From assembly GCA_963664705.1 (NCBI GenBank), contig OY761556.1, positions 1,600,001 to 1,664,000 on the forward strand: a stretch of 64,000 nt of DNA, given 5' to 3'. The notes under the pieces were generated by a model, which worked only from the letters and a program-made list of their open reading frames with translations, was not told where the DNA came from and made no database searches. Source of the stretch: Acidobacteriota bacterium. Lineage in GTDB: Bacteria; Acidobacteriota; UBA6911. Shown here in pieces: positions 58,949 through 64,000 of this stretch (position 1 is its first letter; every line of letters begins with the position of its first letter). The translations under genes were made by a program, and so were the position numbers.

Positions 58949-60781
58949 ATGATTGACCCAAAGACAAAATCAGGCAGAATTCCCACGGCAATTGCGATAT
59001 GCCTTTTGCTCTCGTTTGCGGCAGCGGCAAATGCGCAGACAACGGTCGGGGATAATCTCCACATGACCATGAATGGAAGCCTGGGCGCCAGCTACGAAGG
59101 CAGCTATGGGGATTCCATCGGCTCCAACCATGGCCTCGGCTTTGGGGTAAATGGCGATTTGAACGGCTATTATTTTGATCCCAATTTTCTCAATTTTCGC
59201 GTGCGCCCCTATTATGACCGGATACAATCCAATGCGGAGTCGCAGTCGGTCACGCGCGGTACCGGCATCGAGGGTTCGGTGGGCGTGTTTGGTGGCAGCC
59301 ATTTCCCTGGATCGATTTCCTATGGAAAAGATTTCAGCCGAAACAGCGAATTCCGCTTTGCCGGCGTCCCTTCGGTCCTGGGAAATTCAACCGGAAGCAA
59401 CATCGACATTGCCTGGAGTGCATTGTTTGAAAATCGGCCCACGCTTCATGCCAACTATCTGATTGCTGATTCCACCGCAACGCTGCTTGGCACGGAAAGC
59501 CAAAGCAAGAGTTCCTCCCGCAGCCTGAGCCTGAATTCTGATTACAAGGCCGGCGGGTTCAGCCTTCATGGCATCCTGAACCATTACAACACGGAATTTG
59601 TATCTCCAAGCTTTGTGACCGGGGAAACGATCGGCAACTCTTCATCAAGCACGAATTACGGAGCAACCGCTGTGCGCCGGTTGCCGCTATCGGGGAGTCT
59701 TGCCCTGGGATGGTCTCGTTCCACCTCGGAAAATGGAGCCAGCGATTCTTCAAACAATTCCTACTCGGCATCGGCGATCTTTTCGCCCTGGGAGCGATTG
59801 GTCATCAGTCAGAGCTGGAACTATACAACCAACGTGATTGCCGCGCTGGCAGAGAGCCTTGGCGGAGACGTCAATTCCGCAATCTTCGGATCCAAGGACG
59901 GCTGGAGCGCGATGTACATGAGCACCACGGGAACGCTCATGTTGGGCAATGGCCTCACGGTCTCCGGCCACTTGAACCATCGGATTCAGCATTTTGATGG
60001 TAGCAATCTGGGCGATACGCAGTACGGCGGCAACGTAACCTTCCGCCGGGCCAGTCATCTTTTCGGTTTTCTACACTTCTCCGTCGGCATCGTAGACACG
60101 GCAACCAAAGAAGGAAATACCGGCATTGGGCTTGTGGGAGATCTCAGTATGACGCGAAAATTTGGCCGTTGGGACACTGCGGCTGATTTCAGTTTTTCGC
60201 AGGATACGCAAACGCTCTATTCCGTCGCTACCACAAACAATTATGGTTTTGGTGGCTCACTCCGGCGCAAAATCAACTCGTCAACATACTGGAGCGGCAG
60301 TTACAGGGAAACGCGCAGTGGATTGACTACGCAGGACGGCAACAACAACCGGTCCAAGGGAGTCGCGACCAGCTTTTCCTGGAGCCGATTCGCTTTCGCC
60401 GGCAACTACTCACGATCGAGCGGTGCCGCGGTATTGTTGGTTGACGGTTCGCTAACCGCAACTCCGGTTGGTTCCATTATCAGCGATTATTTTCTGACTT
60501 TTAATGCCCGCAGCATCGGCATAAACTCTAGGACGAGGTTGCTTCGTGTGCTTAGCCTGTTCGGTGGCTATACGAAGGTTTCCAGCAACAGCACGCAGAA
60601 TGAATTGGGCACGTTTAACAACGGCAAGCGCTTCAATGCCCGTCTCGAATTGAGGATGCGGCGCTTGAACATCTTTGCCGGATACGATCGCGCGGTTCAG
60701 GACTCCAGTGCAGTACCAGGTGGACCGAAAGTGGTTAACTCCTATTATGTGAGTCTATCAAGATGGTTCAACGTGTTTTAA
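58949..60781 (+). CDS. Large outer-membrane beta-barrel protein (putative cytochrome-associated porin)
   Basis: Signal peptide, many amphipathic beta strands rich in S/G/Y/F, and C-terminal YVSLSRWFNVF. Confidence 0.75.
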   Translation: MIDPKTKSGRIPTAIAICLLLSFAAAANAQTTVGDNLHMTMNGSLGASYEGSYGDSIGSNHGLGFGVNGDLNGYYFDPNFLNFRVRPYYDRIQSNAESQSVTRGTGIEGSVGVFGGSHFPGSISYGKDFSRNSEFRFAGVPSVLGNSTGSNIDIAWSALFENRPTLHANYLIADSTATLLGTESQSKSSSRSLSLNSDYKAGGFSLHGILNHYNTEFVSPSFVTGETIGNSSSSTNYGATAVRRLPLSGSLALGWSRSTSENGASDSSNNSYSASAIFSPWERLVISQSWNYTTNVIAALAESLGGDVNSAIFGSKDGWSAMYMSTTGTLMLGNGLTVSGHLNHRIQHFDGSNLGDTQYGGNVTFRRASHLFGFLHFSVGIVDTATKEGNTGIGLVGDLSMTRKFGRWDTAADFSFSQDTQTLYSVATTNNYGFGGSLRRKINSSTYWSGSYRETRSGLTTQDGNNNRSKGVATSFSWSRFAFAGNYSRSSGAAVLLVDGSLTATPVGSIISDYFLTFNARSIGINSRTRLLRVLSLFGGYTKVSSNSTQNELGTFNNGKRFNARLELRMRRLNIFAGYDRAVQDSSAVPGGPKVVNSYYVSLSRWFNVF

Positions 60782-61854
60782 TCCGGGCGCGCGGCGTATG
60801 GATCGCTCTGCTGCTGGGTATTCTTGTACTTCCTTTCTCCTCTGCATTTGCCTTTAAGCAATCGAAGACCCCGGCGGAAAAGCCCTGGCCTGAACTCCTT
60901 CTTGAGGCCGGACGGAAGCTGAGCTACCAGCAATCGATCAAATCCGAACGGGATGTGGGCGGGAAGCAGGGTTTCTGGTCCAAGTTTGCGAATATTGTGG
61001 CGGGTGCGCCCGAGTTCCGTGAAATGGTGCGTCCGTATGGAATCGCGGTCGATTCCCATGGCCGTGTGATCGTTACCGATCCAGCCATTGCTTCTGTGCA
61101 TATTTTCGATTTTGCGGGGCGCAAGTATAAGCTGATCGATCGGTGGGAAAAAAACCGGGACCCGATGGTCGCGCCTCAATGCGTGGCTGTGGATGAGAAG
61201 GACAACATTTATGTGACGGACTCGGAAGCGGGCAAAATATTTGTTTTCGATCCGCAGGGCAAGACGCGCAAAGTTTTTGGCAGCCTGAAACGGGGTGAAG
61301 GCTTTTTCAAGCGGCCCACGGGCATTGCCATCGATAGGGAGACGCATCGTGTCTACGTGACCGATACGCTGTCTGATCGAGTTTACATTCTTGATGCCGA
61401 GGGGACGGTACTGCGCAGCTTTGGCCAACGCGGCGGGGAAAGAGGCGAATTCAACTTTCCGGTCGAAGTGCAGGTGAAGGATGGTGTGGTCGCGGTGGTC
61501 GATGCCATGAATTTCCGCGTCCAGTTATTTGATCGTGATGGCAACTTCCAGGCTCAGATTGGAACCAGCGGTGATCCGGCCGGCGGTATCTACCGCCCCA
61601 GAGGCGTCGGGATCGACTCAGAAAATCATATTTACATTGTGGACAGCGAGTGGGGAATGGTGCAGGTATTTGATCTCAGAGGTCGCCTGCTTTACCGTTT
61701 CGGGAATGGCACCAACTTTGGCCAGTTCCTGCTCCCCGCCGGATTGTTCATAGATCGGAATGATCGCGTTTACCTGGTGGACTCCTACAATCGTCGAGTG
61801 CAGGTCTTCCAGTATCGTGCCATTCAGCGATCCACGACTGGAGTGCCGCAATGA
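60763..61854 (+). CDS. Exported NHL-repeat beta-propeller protein
   Basis: RPYGIAVD, RPTGIAID, FNFPV, NFRVQLFD and NRRVQVF repeats. Confidence 0.9.
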   Translation: MVQRVLIRARGVWIALLLGILVLPFSSAFAFKQSKTPAEKPWPELLLEAGRKLSYQQSIKSERDVGGKQGFWSKFANIVAGAPEFREMVRPYGIAVDSHGRVIVTDPAIASVHIFDFAGRKYKLIDRWEKNRDPMVAPQCVAVDEKDNIYVTDSEAGKIFVFDPQGKTRKVFGSLKRGEGFFKRPTGIAIDRETHRVYVTDTLSDRVYILDAEGTVLRSFGQRGGERGEFNFPVEVQVKDGVVAVVDAMNFRVQLFDRDGNFQAQIGTSGDPAGGIYRPRGVGIDSENHIYIVDSEWGMVQVFDLRGRLLYRFGNGTNFGQFLLPAGLFIDRNDRVYLVDSYNRRVQVFQYRAIQRSTTGVPQ

Positions 61855-63716
61855 CCTGGACACGCATGGTGCCGGCCGGAGCGCTCGCCTGTGTGCTGCT
61901 GTTTGCGGCACTCGCGGGAGCTCAAACCAATCCTTCTCCGACGACCGATGTGCTGGGAGTGCATGATCTGAGTTCGGGGAGTTCTCCCCTGCATGGGCCG
62001 AATGCCAACGCCTGTATCTACTGTCACGCTCCGCATAATGCCCTATCTTCACCCGGACTCTGGAACCAGACGCTTTCGACGAGCGAGTATGTTCTGTTCC
62101 CGGATTCAACCAGCGCCCCCTCCGCTCCGACCAAGGTCGGGACTGCGAGTATGCGCTGTCTAAGCTGCCATGATGGCAGCGTAGGTGTTGGGCACACGGT
62201 GGCTATTGGTTCGCTGCAAATGACGGGAACGCTGCGCTCGAATCTGGGGACAAAGCTGGCTGGCTCGCATCCCTTCAGCATGCAGCCGCAGCTGAAGGAC
62301 CATGCCTCGCTTGCGGCAGGCCTGGTCGCCTCGCACAGCACCAAAGACAAAGCGGTTATTCTGGTAGAGAACAACATAGAATGTCCTACCTGCCATGATG
62401 TCCACAATCAATACAAAGATCTGAATTCTCCTAAATTCCTGGCTCGCGACAACACTGGGAGTCGTTTGTGTTTTGCATGCCATGATGTGGGCGCCCGCAC
62501 GGTAGGTGGAGTCAATAATTCGCTTACGGCCTGGCCCAATAGCGCCCATGCGCAGTCGTCTGTTGCAGTGGCGCGGAAAGCAGGTTTGGGCGGATACGCG
62601 ACGGTGAAGGAATTCGGCTGTTCCAGTTGCCATAGATCGCATGACGCGCTGGGCACGGCACTGCTGCGTAAGAATCCGGATGCACCCGCGAATATTGACG
62701 AGACCGCGCAGGCCTGTTTTACCTGCCATGACGGCAGCGATAACCTGTCTCAGCCGCTCCTCAATGTGATCGAGGCGTTCAACGGGCAGCGCGGGCATCC
62801 GTTCTCGGATTCAAACAATGTGCACGGGATGAATGAACCGGTTGTCCTGGATCGGAATCGACATGCCACGTGCGCGGATTGTCACAATCCCCATGCTTCG
62901 CAGGCGACAGTATCCTTTTCGGCCAAGCCGGATCTGCGGCCATCCCAGGCTGGAGTAGCCGGTCTGACAAAGGATGGCGCGGTGGTTGCCAATGCAACCT
63001 ATCAATATGAGAACTGCCTGCGATGTCACGGCACCAGCCAGAATAAGCAGAGCCTTGCTGTTTATGGCTACATGCCGGCGCGCGCTCTTTTTTCGGGAGA
63101 TACGCTGGATATATCTCGCGAGTTTGCACGGGGTGCCACTTCATCTCACCCCGTAATGCGTGAGGCTGGAAATCTGGCCCGCCCCAGCCTGCTCAAGGCG
63201 TCGAGAAGCATCGGTTCCAGGGTCAGGGTTCGAGGCCGGCTTATCAATTCGCGGATTCTTTGCACTGACTGTCACAATAACGACAATGCCCGCGAGGCTG
63301 GCGGCACTGGGCCCAATGGGCCCCACGGATCCAAATACGATCACATCCTGGAACGCCAGTATTTAATGAGCCAGGTTGGGACCGGTTCGGCTCCCGGCAG
63401 CATGATTGTGAATCTCAATCCGAAGCCCATTTTGAGCTCGGCTCCTGCATCGCCGTATGCACTGTGCGCCAAGTGTCACGATCTGGATTACGTCAATTCC
63501 GGTCAGAGTTGGAGTGAGCATGGCCGGCATATTCAGAAGGGGTTTTCCTGCTCCGTGTGCCACAGTGCGCATGGCGTACCGGCGGGAACAGCGAGCGTCA
63601 GCGGCAGTGGCCTGGTGAGCTTCGATATGAATGTCGTGGGAAGCAATAACGGTCTGCCGGTTTCCTACAACGGGTCGTCTTGCACATTGAGATGCCACGA
63701 GAAGTCCCATAAATGA
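61851..63716 (+). CDS. Multiheme c-type cytochrome (11 CxxCH + 1 CxxxCH) with OmcE-like N-terminal tetraheme module
   Basis: HDLS...CIYCHAPH, CLSCHDG, SHP, CPTCHDVH and LCFACH, then seven more CxxCH and a terminal CTLRCH. Confidence 0.9.
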   Translation: MTWTRMVPAGALACVLLFAALAGAQTNPSPTTDVLGVHDLSSGSSPLHGPNANACIYCHAPHNALSSPGLWNQTLSTSEYVLFPDSTSAPSAPTKVGTASMRCLSCHDGSVGVGHTVAIGSLQMTGTLRSNLGTKLAGSHPFSMQPQLKDHASLAAGLVASHSTKDKAVILVENNIECPTCHDVHNQYKDLNSPKFLARDNTGSRLCFACHDVGARTVGGVNNSLTAWPNSAHAQSSVAVARKAGLGGYATVKEFGCSSCHRSHDALGTALLRKNPDAPANIDETAQACFTCHDGSDNLSQPLLNVIEAFNGQRGHPFSDSNNVHGMNEPVVLDRNRHATCADCHNPHASQATVSFSAKPDLRPSQAGVAGLTKDGAVVANATYQYENCLRCHGTSQNKQSLAVYGYMPARALFSGDTLDISREFARGATSSHPVMREAGNLARPSLLKASRSIGSRVRVRGRLINSRILCTDCHNNDNAREAGGTGPNGPHGSKYDHILERQYLMSQVGTGSAPGSMIVNLNPKPILSSAPASPYALCAKCHDLDYVNSGQSWSEHGRHIQKGFSCSVCHSAHGVPAGTASVSGSGLVSFDMNVVGSNNGLPVSYNGSSCTLRCHEKSHK

Positions 63717-63823
63717 GTGCACGTGCATTCTGCCAGAACACGATCCTATAGCGCGATGGATGAGACTCCCCATGCCTCCATTGGAAATTGCGGCGTATGC
63801 CGGCTGGTTATTGAGGGAAGCTG

Positions 63824-64000
63824 ATGGTGGAAAATGAAGCAGTGGTAAGGCCGCGCAGCAGCATCCGGCTTTATGGAATTATCATTGTCTGTCTTGGCGC
63901 GTGCCTCGGCATTGCCTTTCTAATCCACAAGGCACTCCAGGAAGGTGACGCCAAAGGGCTCGCAGGAAAAGCTGCGGCTGCGCACCGACCCGGCGTTCAA
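63824..64000 (+). CDS. Partial ORF with N-terminal TM helix (runs off the window)
   Basis: GAGGG RBS; MVENEAVVRPRSSIRLYGIIIVCLGACLGIAFLIHK..., open to the window end. Confidence 0.5.
   Translation, partial: MVENEAVVRPRSSIRLYGIIIVCLGACLGIAFLIHKALQEGDAKGLAGKAAAAHRPGVQ

Overview
A gene-dense bacterial window of about 55% GC (estimated by eye). Gene content suggests an anaerobic or facultative diderm, possibly Acidobacteriota; this is an inference. In order it contains: an M16 peptidase; a Ser/Thr phospho-signalling operon (FHA-TM-trypsin protease, two Hanks kinases, PP2C); a soluble [FeFe]-hydrogenase-like/MCP fusion behind a sigma28-like -10 box; a UGSC-family selenoprotein split in the ORF track by an in-frame UGA (U-D-S-C) followed by a SECIS-like hairpin; a Tat multicopper oxidase with an orphan CusB; an RNA-repair locus (rtcR divergent from a sigma54 promoter, then slipin-rtcA-rtcB); oxidoreductases, a PAS kinase, a doubled 5'-nucleotidase, AOR and a frameshifted EEP nuclease; an IPTL-CTERM/exosortase H cassette; a secreted protein with four Cys-rich repeats; and a multiheme cytochrome/NHL/PPIase/beta-barrel cluster resembling Geobacter nanowire loci. 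The most novel-looking items are (1) the ~460-nt rtc leader, which holds three tandem structured RNA modules including a tRNA mimic with a 5-nt anticodon loop and no Ro60 gene in the operon, (2) the OmcE-like nanowire cluster, and (3) the apparently exported selenoprotein. Several REP-like and heptamer repeat families occupy intergenic gaps. No CRISPR array, rRNA, canonical tRNA or transposase was seen.
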